This document shows positions 19,212 through 28,982 of a stretch of DNA of 64,000 nt, in pieces. The stretch lies in the IMG/VR virus record IMGVR_UViG_3300013093_003863, positions 24,770-88,769 of that record; one strand, 5' to 3'. A program made the position numbers and the translations under genes. The first letter of the stretch is position 1. Each line of letters starts with the position of its first letter. A model generated the notes under the pieces. The model worked only from the letters and a program-made list of their open reading frames with translations. It searched no databases and had not been told where the DNA came from. Source of the DNA: a virus.

Positions 19212-19472
19212 TTATCCTATGGCACCGACTAAACTAATCGCACCATTTATAACTGTATTTAATGTTTCCTTCATGGCCATTTGTTCCATGGCCTGAATTA
19301 CATCTAGTTGTTGTTGCACATCTTGTAATACTTCTTGTGCTTGGTCCGGGGGCATATTGCCCGATTGCACTTGTTGTATTACCTGTTGAACAAATTGTGC
19401 TGCATTTGCAAACTGTTGATCGCCACTGTTGATCAAAGTGGCCAAATGGTTGTTTAAATCGTCTTGTGTCAT
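19212..19472 (-). CDS. Hypothetical Gln-rich protein
   Basis: 86 aa, ATGA-coupled. Confidence 0.55.
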   Translation of the reverse strand: MTQDDLNNHLATLINSGDQQFANAAQFVQQVIQQVQSGNMPPDQAQEVLQDVQQQLDVIQAMEQMAMKETLNTVINGAISLVGAIG

Positions 19473-19873
19473 GATGGTCTCTTTCCTTGTACATGTTGGA
19501 TTAGTCTTGCACTATTTTCTATACTTTCAAATTTGAGTTTGCAATACAATGCATTGATCTTTTCTCCGCTGTTGTATCTTTTCCGTAATTCTTGTGCTAT
19601 TGTATCTAAAGCCTTTGAAGCCGTGATACTGTCTTCGTTGTGTGCTCGATCACTTTCGTATAGTGCATAAAGTCCTGTGTTGTATGCGATAGTATTTGCA
19701 CTGGCTCGTGATGCCGCATCATCGGCACAATTAGCACTGGCAAGTTGTGCATCATATCGTATGGTTGTTATCAATTGATATTCGTTGTTGTCATATTTGC
19801 CCATTAACAGAGCATCCACCGCCGCGCAACCAGATAGACCAACTATCATGAATAAAGGTATTAATCGTTTCAT
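19469..19873 (-). CDS. Lipoprotein
   Basis: MKRLIPLFMIVGLSGC lipobox. Confidence 0.65.
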   Translation of the reverse strand: MKRLIPLFMIVGLSGCAAVDALLMGKYDNNEYQLITTIRYDAQLASANCADDAASRASANTIAYNTGLYALYESDRAHNEDSITASKALDTIAQELRKRYNSGEKINALYCKLKFESIENSARLIQHVQGKRPS

Positions 19874-20145
19874 TTTGTTGCCTTTTCGTAAATTCGTTTT
19901 TGTGTATTGTACCAATTGTTCCAGTCATCAATCTTGCCGGCACATAGATAATATTGTGTATAGTTGTCGGTTACCACAGTTAATACCTCGCTTAGTTTTT
20001 CAGTATTAGTGTCAACGGTTTTTAAATCCGGACATGCTTCCATCATAGCAGGTGGAACATCGGGCCACTGTGGAGCAACTGTAACAGGAGGTGCTCGAAA
20101 ACTGCCGCATCCAGCTAATAATAAAACGGGTACGAGATATTTCAT
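19870..20145 (-). CDS. o-spanin (Rz1-like lipoprotein)
   Basis: LLLAGC lipobox, Pro-rich segment, follows i-spanin. Confidence 0.7.
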   Translation of the reverse strand: MKYLVPVLLLAGCGSFRAPPVTVAPQWPDVPPAMMEACPDLKTVDTNTEKLSEVLTVVTDNYTQYYLCAGKIDDWNNWYNTQKRIYEKATK

Positions 20146-20597
20146 TTCTTTGTCTCCGGATTAGCTGCGGCATCATTTAAATCTTTAATTGCCAAAGGAT
20201 CAACCTTGCACGTTGCATCAATCTTGGCAGCATCTTTTACAATACGTTCTTGAATTACAACTTGTCGTTTGTATATTACTTGATTCTTCTGCTTGCGTAC
20301 TTGTGCAAGTTTTGTATTAGCCTCGTTACTTTGTGCCTTTGCTGCATCAACTCGTGCTTGTGCCGCATCAACTTGTGCTTGCCATATGGCAGTAACACCT
20401 GCACCGCCAAACATAAAAATGCCCAGTACAAATACCAAAACGCCTAGTGGTTTGAATAACCAACCGTATATTTTTAGCCCGGGGAAATGTGTTAAAAATC
20501 CTGCAAGGAAATATATCAGTACTCCTGCACCAGCCGTTGCGGGCCAGAACCAAACAGGCAAATGTGCCAGTATGTGTTGAATGATAAACTCAAACAT
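20142..20597 (-). CDS. i-spanin (Rz-like)
   Basis: N-terminal TM helices, coiled coil, C-terminal Cys; directly after endolysin. Confidence 0.65.
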   Translation of the reverse strand: MFEFIIQHILAHLPVWFWPATAGAGVLIYFLAGFLTHFPGLKIYGWLFKPLGVLVFVLGIFMFGGAGVTAIWQAQVDAAQARVDAAKAQSNEANTKLAQVRKQKNQVIYKRQVVIQERIVKDAAKIDATCKVDPLAIKDLNDAAANPETKK

Positions 20598-21223
20598 TAT
20601 GCACCAAATAGTTGTAATGCGTGATTGTAACGAGCAGTACGATCTTCAATGCCCAATGTACCGCCGTTAATTACCTTGGTGGCATGTACTATGTCGCCAG
20701 CATCGCTGATGGCATTTAGGCCATGATGTTCCCAAAAGAAACAGGCACTCTCTACTGCACCGTCGGGTGTTTCGCAATAGGCCACAGTTTCTTCAAGGCC
20801 TTTACCTATTTCTCGAGCAAATGCCTCGTACAGACTACGTCCAGTAAGTTGTATTAGGCCACGTCCGTGAAACATCCAACCATCTCCGCTTTCTTCTGAT
20901 CCATTGCCCATACGATCACAATAGGCTCGATTGGCAATTTTCTCGGGATTGTGTGCATATTGATTTGCAATATCCATAGTAGGGAAACGCTTCTTCCAAA
21001 TAGCCATTAATGCCTGTGGTTTGTAGTTTAAGTTTTCTACCAGAGCAGTATAGTTACCGCTCTCGTGCCCGGTTTGTGCCATGAACATAGCCACACGCTC
21101 TTTAGTGGTAATTTTGTATTTTGGCAACTCGTCGCACAGGGCATCATACCAGCTCTGGGCATGTGGATTACCATTTAGTAATTGGTGTACGTGGTTTGCG
21201 GTAAAATCGAATTCGAAACTCAT
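20597..21223 (-). CDS. GH19 endolysin
   Basis: FMAQTGHES, ENLNY, GDGWMFHGRGLIQLTG, TKVINGG. Confidence 0.92.
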   Translation of the reverse strand: MSFEFDFTANHVHQLLNGNPHAQSWYDALCDELPKYKITTKERVAMFMAQTGHESGNYTALVENLNYKPQALMAIWKKRFPTMDIANQYAHNPEKIANRAYCDRMGNGSEESGDGWMFHGRGLIQLTGRSLYEAFAREIGKGLEETVAYCETPDGAVESACFFWEHHGLNAISDAGDIVHATKVINGGTLGIEDRTARYNHALQLFGA

Positions 21224-21238
21224 TGAAAATCTCCCCTA

Positions 21239-22096
21239 TTAGGTTACAAAAGTATTTAGCAAGGAAACAGTTTCTTTTTCGTTTGTAACAATTTTGTTAT
21301 CTACTAGAAAGTCGACCCACTGCTGAATTTGACTCGGGGATAACAGTTTATAGGTGCGTCGATGTATGCTGGCCGTGAGCAGTTTGGGATTGGATTTTGC
21401 AGTTTCTAGTAGATGGTCAAAATTGTCGGCTTCCCAATCGGCTATGTTTAAAACATTGTAGTAACTGTACAAATTATACAATTTATCGTAGGTGCCACAT
21501 TGTGAAAGCACAAATCCCGAATACAAATGAAATTCTGTAACCAAATTGGGATACCGTACATTGGTTTGAAAAAACTCGGGAAAATCACTCACACTGTCTA
21601 CTAGATTGCGTACAGTGTCGGTATGAAACAAAAAAGGTACACCGGCCGGACCCAGCACCCGTGGCATAGCGATGTTGTAGTAGCGTTCGACAAATTTTTG
21701 GCTTGATTCAAACACGGGAAACACATTGATAGCTCCGGTTCTCGGTCGACCTTGCGGGTCAAATAGATTGTCAAACGATTGCACAAACCAAGTCTTGGCA
21801 TCCAGAACCATGCTCCATGTCATGGCAGATTCTCCGGCGGCCAACAGTTTTAACAGTTGTTGTTCTTCCCAACCGTTGATTCGGCTTTGATAATTCCATT
21901 TGCTTTTGGGAACAACACGCACCAACGAGCACAACGGTCCCCACCAATTGCAATCAATTTTGTGAACAATACGGTCATGATCGTTGACCACAACGGTGAT
22001 ACAACCTACGTTGTTCACGTGTTGTTGTATGCTTTGTGCTTGTATTTTTAGTAAGGGTAGTTCGGGTTCAAATACTACAGTAATGAGTTCTAGCAT
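21239..22096 (-). CDS. Glycosyltransferase-like protein (DUF6492-like)
   Basis: GWEEQQLLKL, VLDAKTWF, TEFHLY. Confidence 0.5.
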   Translation of the reverse strand: MLELITVVFEPELPLLKIQAQSIQQHVNNVGCITVVVNDHDRIVHKIDCNWWGPLCSLVRVVPKSKWNYQSRINGWEEQQLLKLLAAGESAMTWSMVLDAKTWFVQSFDNLFDPQGRPRTGAINVFPVFESSQKFVERYYNIAMPRVLGPAGVPFLFHTDTVRNLVDSVSDFPEFFQTNVRYPNLVTEFHLYSGFVLSQCGTYDKLYNLYSYYNVLNIADWEADNFDHLLETAKSNPKLLTASIHRRTYKLLSPSQIQQWVDFLVDNKIVTNEKETVSLLNTFVT

Positions 22097-22104
22097 AGAA
22101 ATAC

Positions 22105-22665
22105 TTATAGTATTCCTGCGGCTGCCTTTAAACTTCGAATATATTCAGTATTGGCCGATCTAGCCGGTATCGGCAAGCCGGCAGCACTACGCATCTCGTC
22201 CAAGGACTGATTGCCAAATTTGGCATCGTAGTCTTCGGGAGTGCACGGAATCATTTCCTTCAACGAGTCAACATCAAAGTAAGTTTCTCTATTGTCTTTT
22301 ACATAACGAACACGCCAGTCCTTGAGTTTTTGCTTGGTCACGTTCATCATGTCCTTCATGATTGTTTCTATATTGTCTACCACTTGTTCGTTGCGATCCA
22401 GTTCCAAGAACACAAGATAATCGCCGTCGTCCATTTCGCCGGTGCTGGTGTCGGCATCAATAACACAGTCGTAGCCCTTTTCAAGAAAGTTAACGAGATC
22501 GGCAGCCGGTTGTTTGCCGGCGACTTTGAAGCTCAGTACAACAATGTCTCGGTCCTCGCCAATCTTGCTCTTGAATTCGTCGATGTGCAATTCGGGATGC
22601 ACTAGACGTTTCAGATCGCCTGGCTCTAGTCCTTCAAAAATATTATTGTGTTGGTTGTTCAGCAT
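22105..22665 (-). CDS. Hypothetical phage protein
   Basis: 186 aa ORF. Confidence 0.6.
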   Translation of the reverse strand: MLNNQHNNIFEGLEPGDLKRLVHPELHIDEFKSKIGEDRDIVVLSFKVAGKQPAADLVNFLEKGYDCVIDADTSTGEMDDGDYLVFLELDRNEQVVDNIETIMKDMMNVTKQKLKDWRVRYVKDNRETYFDVDSLKEMIPCTPEDYDAKFGNQSLDEMRSAAGLPIPARSANTEYIRSLKAAAGIL

Positions 22666-23200
22666 CAGCTTCTCCGCCCAAGGATTGATTGTCGATATTG
22701 GTAGTTTGATTTAGAGTTTGATCTCCGCCTTCTTCGTAGGCCTGATCAATATCTTCCATGTCCACTGTGCCCGATGCCAATTCCAATGCACCCTGCTCGA
22801 TGTCTTGCATGAGTTTTTTGGGCATGATGATTTCTACCAACCAAATTGGACTTTTGATCAGTTTTGGTACTTTTGTACCAGGTTTGTAATCGTACGGTGT
22901 TTTTACTTTTTTGGGATGTTCAAAGTAGTCACGTTTGTAATTTACTTCGCAATCAAATTCCACTAACCGTGCAGCTCCACGCGGGTCGGGCATTTTTTTG
23001 TAAGGCCACATAAATGTGCAACCCACAAAATACTTTTCGTATACAGGTCCTTTGACCAGTTCGCCCTGTTTCCAGTTCGCGAATGCATAAACATCTAGTT
23101 CGTCTACCACACGCTCGAAGTCTAGCAGTGTGTTGACTGCAGAGTCGGTCATGAAGATATCTTTGGTGTTGTCTAATAGTTCTTTAATATTTGCCGGCAT
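22643..23200 (-). CDS. Hypothetical phage protein
   Basis: 185 aa from MPANIK; TATAAATA just upstream. Confidence 0.6.
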   Translation of the reverse strand: MPANIKELLDNTKDIFMTDSAVNTLLDFERVVDELDVYAFANWKQGELVKGPVYEKYFVGCTFMWPYKKMPDPRGAARLVEFDCEVNYKRDYFEHPKKVKTPYDYKPGTKVPKLIKSPIWLVEIIMPKKLMQDIEQGALELASGTVDMEDIDQAYEEGGDQTLNQTTNIDNQSLGGEADAEQPTQ

Positions 23201-23220
23201 AGTAGTGTATTTATACAATC

Positions 23221-24405
23221 CTAGAACTTGTAATGGTTGTTGATTCCGGTGTCGTGATAGTCGGCAGATCCTAGACAGTAAAACGGGCTTAAAAATCCCA
23301 CAAATCCCACGGGTCGTCCCAGCTCGTTATTGAAATACTTGGGATCTATGGTTTTGACCAAGAGATTTTGTCCGGCCTCTTGAATACGAAAAGCAGCGGT
23401 ATTTTGAAAGTTGTGATAAAACCAATAGTCCATTTCGTTGTAAAAACTGTTGGTGGGTTTACTGGTTTGAAACGTAGCCGGATCGTAGTCGGGATAGATC
23501 AAGGGTTTGACCACTTGTTCATAGGCACTGCGATGTGCAATGCTGTAATTGGGCCAACGCACTAGATACTGTAGATGTTTGTTGGCCGGCAAGCTGAACC
23601 AGGTGCGTATTATGTGTGCTTGTTTTTGCACTATTTCGGGAAAATCTGGAGTCCAATAAAAATATTCGTTCGTGATATTGTTGTAATCGTAAACAGTATT
23701 ACTATGATTGGCCTGCAAATCCATAAAATACACATACCATTTGCCGTCCTTGATGCACATCTTGGGCTTGTCAATTCCGTACAACACACAGATTTTTTTG
23801 CCGGTATCGGCAAATTCACGATGTTCTTTCATGGCCACAGCATCGTGCTTGCACACATGAGCCAATTGAAAATAGTCTTTGCCTCGAAAAACCCAAGTTT
23901 CATCAGTGGCACTGTCCAAGATAAATTCACTGTAGTCGTGTATGGTAATTCGCACTCGAGGAAAATGTGTTTGGACCCAATTCAGTAACGGTCTAGCAGC
24001 AAAATCGTATTCGCTAAGAGTATTTTGGGGTTTGGTATTGAACGGATCACTGCTGACTCCTTTTTCGCCCTGTTTGGGATAGCGAAAAACTATTTCATCT
24101 ATGTGTATGCCGTTGCGTAAAAAACTGTAAATAGCAGTAGTACTGTCGCCACCGCCGGACGCTTCAACTCGAATCCAATCATAACGTTCGCGTAATTGTT
24201 GTGCACGTTGTCTATACAATTCACGCAAGTCTGTTTCGGGTTCTTGTTCCCATGCCATGGCATCAAATATTGGTCTATTAAAATTCCATTCGGGAAAACG
24301 ATTGGTCTTGGTGGCAGTAATCAGTGCCTGCACTTTGTTGTATATTTTTTCATCACCAAGTTGGTAGTACCCCAACTTGGTATTTTGTTCAATGCCTTTA
24401 ATCAA
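23221..24405 (-). CDS. PP-loop (adenine nucleotide alpha hydrolase-like) protein
   Basis: ASGGGDSTT motif; paralog of 62575-63687. Confidence 0.65.
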   Translation of the reverse strand: MIKGIEQNTKLGYYQLGDEKIYNKVQALITATKTNRFPEWNFNRPIFDAMAWEQEPETDLRELYRQRAQQLRERYDWIRVEASGGGDSTTAIYSFLRNGIHIDEIVFRYPKQGEKGVSSDPFNTKPQNTLSEYDFAARPLLNWVQTHFPRVRITIHDYSEFILDSATDETWVFRGKDYFQLAHVCKHDAVAMKEHREFADTGKKICVLYGIDKPKMCIKDGKWYVYFMDLQANHSNTVYDYNNITNEYFYWTPDFPEIVQKQAHIIRTWFSLPANKHLQYLVRWPNYSIAHRSAYEQVVKPLIYPDYDPATFQTSKPTNSFYNEMDYWFYHNFQNTAAFRIQEAGQNLLVKTIDPKYFNNELGRPVGFVGFLSPFYCLGSADYHDTGINNHYKF

Positions 24406-25291
24406 TTTTTACACCAGTGCTCAATTTCTTCCACTGGGCCTGTTGCGATTCGTACCAGGCATGCAAGTCTTGATCTTTCATTTCGCTCATGCTGTAACAA
24501 TGATCGATCAAGTAGGATTTTTGCACCGATTCGGCTCGAGCAGCCTGTACCAGTATCTTACGCCATTCGCGAAATTTTTCATCCGGCACCGATTTTGGTA
24601 CAACCAAATGATGCGGGGCATCCATGTTGGACACTATTTTTGCAAATCCCTCGCCGGCCAAGATCGGATGATGATTGACCGATTTGGGGCCAGTGGTTCC
24701 CAGTATGTGTACCTTGTCGCCCCAGGACTCGCTTTCGCCTAGAAATCCCACGTGCAAGTCAATGTTGCCCGACATCATGGACAAAATGCTGTCGTTTGTA
24801 CTCTTGAACGGCACAACTTGAACATTGGGAAATTTAGACACAATCTGCAACGAAGTCAAATGGGTAGTCACTCCCAATCCGCTTGTGCCAATATTGAGTG
24901 GTTTGTCCTTGGGAACATCGGCCCAGGTTTGATACTTGGTGCTACTGATTGCTATTGGTGCATTACATTGTGGCATTAGTTCTTGAAAATCGTTGACATT
25001 GTAACTTTCATTGGGATAAAAATTGGGTCGGATAAAAAATGCACTGCTGGTGGCCAAAATAGTATTACTGTTATTTTTCACAAAATTAGCAGCAATGGCA
25101 TTGCCAGCACCGGGTTTGGTATCAAACACAAAGGTGTATTTGTCCTGTATATGGTTGGCTTCCTCGACCAAGGTCCTACTGTATGCAGCCATGGTGTCTG
25201 CGGGACTAAAAGCATAATAAATTGTCACAGTTTCTTTAGCCATGCTCGTGATTGCAAATGCAGAAAGAACAACGGCGAGTAATTTTTTCAT
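24398..25291 (-). CDS. TctC/Bug-family periplasmic solute-binding protein
   Basis: Signal peptide; KPGAGNAIA, GTSGLGVTTHL, VVPFKS. Confidence 0.8.
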   Translation of the reverse strand: MKKLLAVVLSAFAITSMAKETVTIYYAFSPADTMAAYSRTLVEEANHIQDKYTFVFDTKPGAGNAIAANFVKNNSNTILATSSAFFIRPNFYPNESYNVNDFQELMPQCNAPIAISSTKYQTWADVPKDKPLNIGTSGLGVTTHLTSLQIVSKFPNVQVVPFKSTNDSILSMMSGNIDLHVGFLGESESWGDKVHILGTTGPKSVNHHPILAGEGFAKIVSNMDAPHHLVVPKSVPDEKFREWRKILVQAARAESVQKSYLIDHCYSMSEMKDQDLHAWYESQQAQWKKLSTGVKID

Positions 25292-25364
25292 AGAAATTCC
25301 TTTGTAAGTGTTTGTATTTTATACTAAAATTGTCAATCGAGCAATCGTAATTGCCCATTTGCTT

Positions 25365-25480
25365 GTAGAGAAAATCTACTTACGGGAATTGGCGTTCCAG
25401 GCATATCATGCTAGTAAAAGGGTTTCGCTACCCTAGGCGTCAATGTGCAGTCCGACGTCAGAATCATTTCCGGCGTTGCT
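25365..25480 (-). ncRNA. Candidate small structured RNA or leader
   Basis: Intergenic, behind TATAAATA; hairpins GGGU/ACCC, GCAU/AUGC, GGAA/UUCC, GUAGA/UCUAC; repeated ACGCC. Confidence 0.35.
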
Positions 25481-25484
25481 ACAG

Positions 25485-25492
25485 TATTTATA
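25485..25492 (-). promoter_or_regulatory. T4-like late promoter TATAAATA
   Basis: Exact T4 late consensus; the TAAATA core recurs upstream of many genes in the window. Confidence 0.6.
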
Positions 25493-25494
25493 AT

Positions 25495-26148
25495 TTATTT
25501 TTGCAGTCGATTATTTCTGTCGGGTCGACAACCGGCCAGCACATACTCGTCAAGCCAGTGCTCGTCAATGTATTTTACATACTTGTGATTGGCATCTTCA
25601 CTGATAAAACTCATTAATTTTTCCGGATCAGTTTCTACAGGAAATTGAGTTATAGTTCCAACCCACTTCATGTAGTGTTCGCGGTGCAGGAAAAATGCCT
25701 CATGATCCAAAAAATGCACAAGAAAACCGCTGGGAATTAAAATATTGTAATAGTATTCTTGTGCAATAGGCGTTGTGTGTTGTTTACGTACACGCATCTG
25801 TTGCACTTGATTGATATTTTGATCTCGTACAATAATGGCCACTTGCACATCAATACCAAAACTTTCAGCACGACGTGCAACTCCTACTATGTCGGGAATC
25901 CTACGCTCACCATCAAAAAAGAACGGACAACTTACGTTAGCAAGATGATAGTCCCGGTTGTCAAAATGGCCGGCTTCTAGTTTTTTGGGATCGACCCAAT
26001 ACTCGGCAAACGGTTCTTGATCACTAGGTACCCAATAGTTAGAGAGCATTTCGTCCCACCCGGCTACCGCAGGATGTTGACTTAGTACACGACTAAACAA
26101 ATGATTTCCTGACCCTTGCGGCCCGGTTATGATTAGTAAATGTTTCAT
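25495..26148 (-). CDS. P-loop / sulfotransferase-like protein
   Basis: N-terminal IITGPQGSGNHLFSRVLSQHP; IIVRD. Confidence 0.5.
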   Translation of the reverse strand: MKHLLIITGPQGSGNHLFSRVLSQHPAVAGWDEMLSNYWVPSDQEPFAEYWVDPKKLEAGHFDNRDYHLANVSCPFFFDGERRIPDIVGVARRAESFGIDVQVAIIVRDQNINQVQQMRVRKQHTTPIAQEYYYNILIPSGFLVHFLDHEAFFLHREHYMKWVGTITQFPVETDPEKLMSFISEDANHKYVKYIDEHWLDEYVLAGCRPDRNNRLQK

Positions 26149-26816
26149 AGTATTAGCGGAGTTCGCTTGAGTTCTTTCAAGAATGCTTTGGTCTTGTCTG
26201 TTATAATACCAGTTAACTGTAGCGTAACTCGGGGATGGAATCCGGCATTGGCGGTACTGTGTGGCATGTTACGCCAATCAAATGTATGTACATCTCCAGC
26301 ACGCCATTGTGTATGTGTATAGTTACCGTAACTCCAAAACTGTCCCGGTTGCCAGTCAGTTAGTGCGATAAAGTATCGGCCAACACGTTCAGGTTGTTCG
26401 GGGAACCATTTGTATAGTTTGTCAATATGCAAGTGCCACAACTGACCGGGTTGTTGTACATGGATACGTTCCATGTTGTCTTCTAACGCAAATGCATCAC
26501 TTATTGTCTGCAACTTCTTGGGCAGTCGCCACGCCAAGTTTGTAATGATAACTTTGGGATCAATTCCCACACGCTCCAAGTCATATTCCTCATCCACTAG
26601 TTCGGGACGTGGAACATCCACTCCCTCGCCCTTGAATCCACGTGTTTCCCAATTGGCCGGCTTTGAATTTGCAACAATCTTTTTAACTTCTCGAGAGAAG
26701 TCTGCTTCTATTCGGCCCAGCTCAAAGTACACATCTCGTTTCTTATCAACAACGGTGTTGTCAAAATGATATGTGCTCGCTTTGCGTAATTTATCCCAAC
26801 TGCTTTCTTTTTTCAT
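26145..26816 (-). CDS. 2OG-Fe(II) oxygenase-like (cupin/AspH-like) protein
   Basis: PGQLWHLHID...W.AGDV..FDW..MPHSTANAG..PRVTLQ (HxD...H triad). Confidence 0.65.
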   Translation of the reverse strand: MKKESSWDKLRKASTYHFDNTVVDKKRDVYFELGRIEADFSREVKKIVANSKPANWETRGFKGEGVDVPRPELVDEEYDLERVGIDPKVIITNLAWRLPKKLQTISDAFALEDNMERIHVQQPGQLWHLHIDKLYKWFPEQPERVGRYFIALTDWQPGQFWSYGNYTHTQWRAGDVHTFDWRNMPHSTANAGFHPRVTLQLTGIITDKTKAFLKELKRTPLIL

Positions 26817-27445
26817 TTTATTACCTTTACTGTTACGTCATTCTCAATATAATTTTGCTTGTATTCCGCGGGAGGAGTTGCTATCGCCAACGCTCTGCAC
26901 AATTGATGATTGTTTGTTGGCATTGCAAGATTTTGGTCATACTCGGTCCAGGACTCTACTAGATTTGTATTCTGTTGATGTATACGTCGAGCCATTGTTT
27001 TTAAATCCACATAATACTTATGGTATAGCGGATACGTGATATCAAAATGTCCGCATTTGACCCACCAACCCAAACAAGCATCATCACTGCGGTGAACTAA
27101 TACAACGGGACACTCGGGCCAAGTTTTACGTAAAAAATCTATGTGGTTGCAAAAGATGTGACTTTTAATAATACGTATACCATTGTTGTCTCGTGCAAAG
27201 GGTGCATCAAATATGGCTTCTAAACTGGCCCGGCCATGAAAGTCCACCGACTCGGGCAAGTCCGATTCCATTCCGGGATCAAAGTACGCACCCAAGTGCA
27301 TCAAGTCCATGGTACCGCTAGCATCGTGATAATAAGTCCATTCCGCACGATAGTCACTGCGATCTATATCGGGACTGTAATAAATGTTTTTAACAACACT
27401 GCTCCATTTTGAGCCCGGAGCACCGGCTACAAAAATGTACTTCAT
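26813..27445 (-). CDS. P-loop / sulfotransferase-like protein
   Basis: FVAGAPGSKWS, IIKSH, VLVHR. Confidence 0.5.
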   Translation of the reverse strand: MKYIFVAGAPGSKWSSVVKNIYYSPDIDRSDYRAEWTYYHDASGTMDLMHLGAYFDPGMESDLPESVDFHGRASLEAIFDAPFARDNNGIRIIKSHIFCNHIDFLRKTWPECPVVLVHRSDDACLGWWVKCGHFDITYPLYHKYYVDLKTMARRIHQQNTNLVESWTEYDQNLAMPTNNHQLCRALAIATPPAEYKQNYIENDVTVKVIK

Positions 27446-28425
27446 TAGTCTTTACTGATATCAATCTTTTCCAACATGGGTAAAAATGTATCACGTAGAC
27501 TTTGTGCATGTCGAACCAATCCTGCAGGAGTCAATTCTGCATCATCGGTAAACACCACATTGTCATAACACCATTGTTGATACTGTTTACTGTGTACGGC
27601 GGCACTAAATGTCTTGACATACCAGTCAACGACTTCTTGTGGTGTGTTGGGTGGCAATGCAATACTCCAAGCGGCATATACATTTACTCCGGGGGCAACA
27701 CCGTTCAACAAAGGTACATTGGGATACTGTGCCATCTTGTGTGTTCCACTAAATCCAATTGCTTTGACTTTGCCGGCTTCGATCAAGGGTTTGGCCACTG
27801 CAATGGGCATGATACCAAACTCTGTGCCCAAGTTACCATCAAACTGTGCCACACTAGTAACTGCTTGCAATGGTCCATTAAATTTAACTGTTTTAACTAA
27901 CTCGGTATTACCGTGTCCTTTAACCATTAAGTATTCAAACACTGTGCGATGTGCCCCTCCGCCCACCGCTACACTAATGGGGCGGTTGGTTGTGCTGATC
28001 AACTTTACAAATTCTTCAGGAGTATTAATTGTACTTCGAACACTGGCCACTAGCACTTGTGGACTCTTGCCCATGGTCAACACATGAGTAAATTCATTCC
28101 ATTGCCATTTCTTTACAGACTTTTCCCAAATATCGTTTGTGACAAATGTGCTCATATGGCTTAACGCATTTATAGTATATCCATCTGGAGTGGCTTTGTA
28201 CAATTCGTTCATTGACACCACACTGTCGGCTCCGGGCTTGTTTACCACATACCACTTGACCGTGGGTTGTGTTTGATTCACAATGGCCATTAGTTCTCTA
28301 AATGCCAGTTCATTACCAGCACCAGGATTGTTGCCTACAATTACTTCAATGGGCTTGTTGGGACTGGGTTCCCATGCAAATGCTAATGCAGGCAGTAGTA
28401 ATAATATTGTTAAAATTCGTTTCAT
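27445..28425 (-). CDS. TctC/Bug-family periplasmic solute-binding protein
   Basis: Signal peptide; PIEVIVGNNPGAG, NKPGAD, PDGYT, PPNTPQEVV. Confidence 0.85.
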   Translation of the reverse strand: MKRILTILLLLPALAFAWEPSPNKPIEVIVGNNPGAGNELAFRELMAIVNQTQPTVKWYVVNKPGADSVVSMNELYKATPDGYTINALSHMSTFVTNDIWEKSVKKWQWNEFTHVLTMGKSPQVLVASVRSTINTPEEFVKLISTTNRPISVAVGGGAHRTVFEYLMVKGHGNTELVKTVKFNGPLQAVTSVAQFDGNLGTEFGIMPIAVAKPLIEAGKVKAIGFSGTHKMAQYPNVPLLNGVAPGVNVYAAWSIALPPNTPQEVVDWYVKTFSAAVHSKQYQQWCYDNVVFTDDAELTPAGLVRHAQSLRDTFLPMLEKIDISKD

Positions 28426-28426
28426 G

Positions 28427-28981
28427 TTAAAGTCCTATTAATTGATTTATTTCATCGGGCATCCAAGCAACAGGCATGCGTTCTGGATGCCACACAACTC
28501 CGGCTAAGGCTAGCCTACTATCTATCCATGCTTCACAGTTTCCGGTTTCGTCTGTTGCTAATACAGTGGCATTTGGGTGTAATTGTTCTATGTATAAATT
28601 ATGATGACTGTTTACTGTTTTTGTTTCACCAAAATAATTTATTTCGTGCAGTACATCCAAGTGTCCATCTATGGTACTTACTTTACCGCCTAATGCATCT
28701 ACCAACAAAAAACATCCATGACAAATACCAATTATTGGCTTGCCCTGTTTCATTACTTCTGTTGCTAGTTTTAATTCTGTGTTACGTCTAATTGCACTGT
28801 CATCACCACCTGTGATAATTAATGCATCAATTGAAATTGCTAATTGTTTAAAATCTTGATCGTTTCTATTGGGAATAAAAACAAGCGTATGCTCTCGTAA
28901 ATATGAATACCATCCATGTTCAATTGAGTCATACGCTCGACTTTTGTGATATAAAACTCGTTGTGTGAGTCCTATCTTCAA
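28427..28981 (-). CDS. Class I glutamine amidotransferase / peptidase C26
   Basis: LIITGGDD, PIIGICHG (catalytic Cys), VNSHH, WHPE. Confidence 0.85.
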   Translation of the reverse strand: MKIGLTQRVLYHKSRAYDSIEHGWYSYLREHTLVFIPNRNDQDFKQLAISIDALIITGGDDSAIRRNTELKLATEVMKQGKPIIGICHGCFLLVDALGGKVSTIDGHLDVLHEINYFGETKTVNSHHNLYIEQLHPNATVLATDETGNCEAWIDSRLALAGVVWHPERMPVAWMPDEINQLIGL

Positions 28982-28982
28982 A

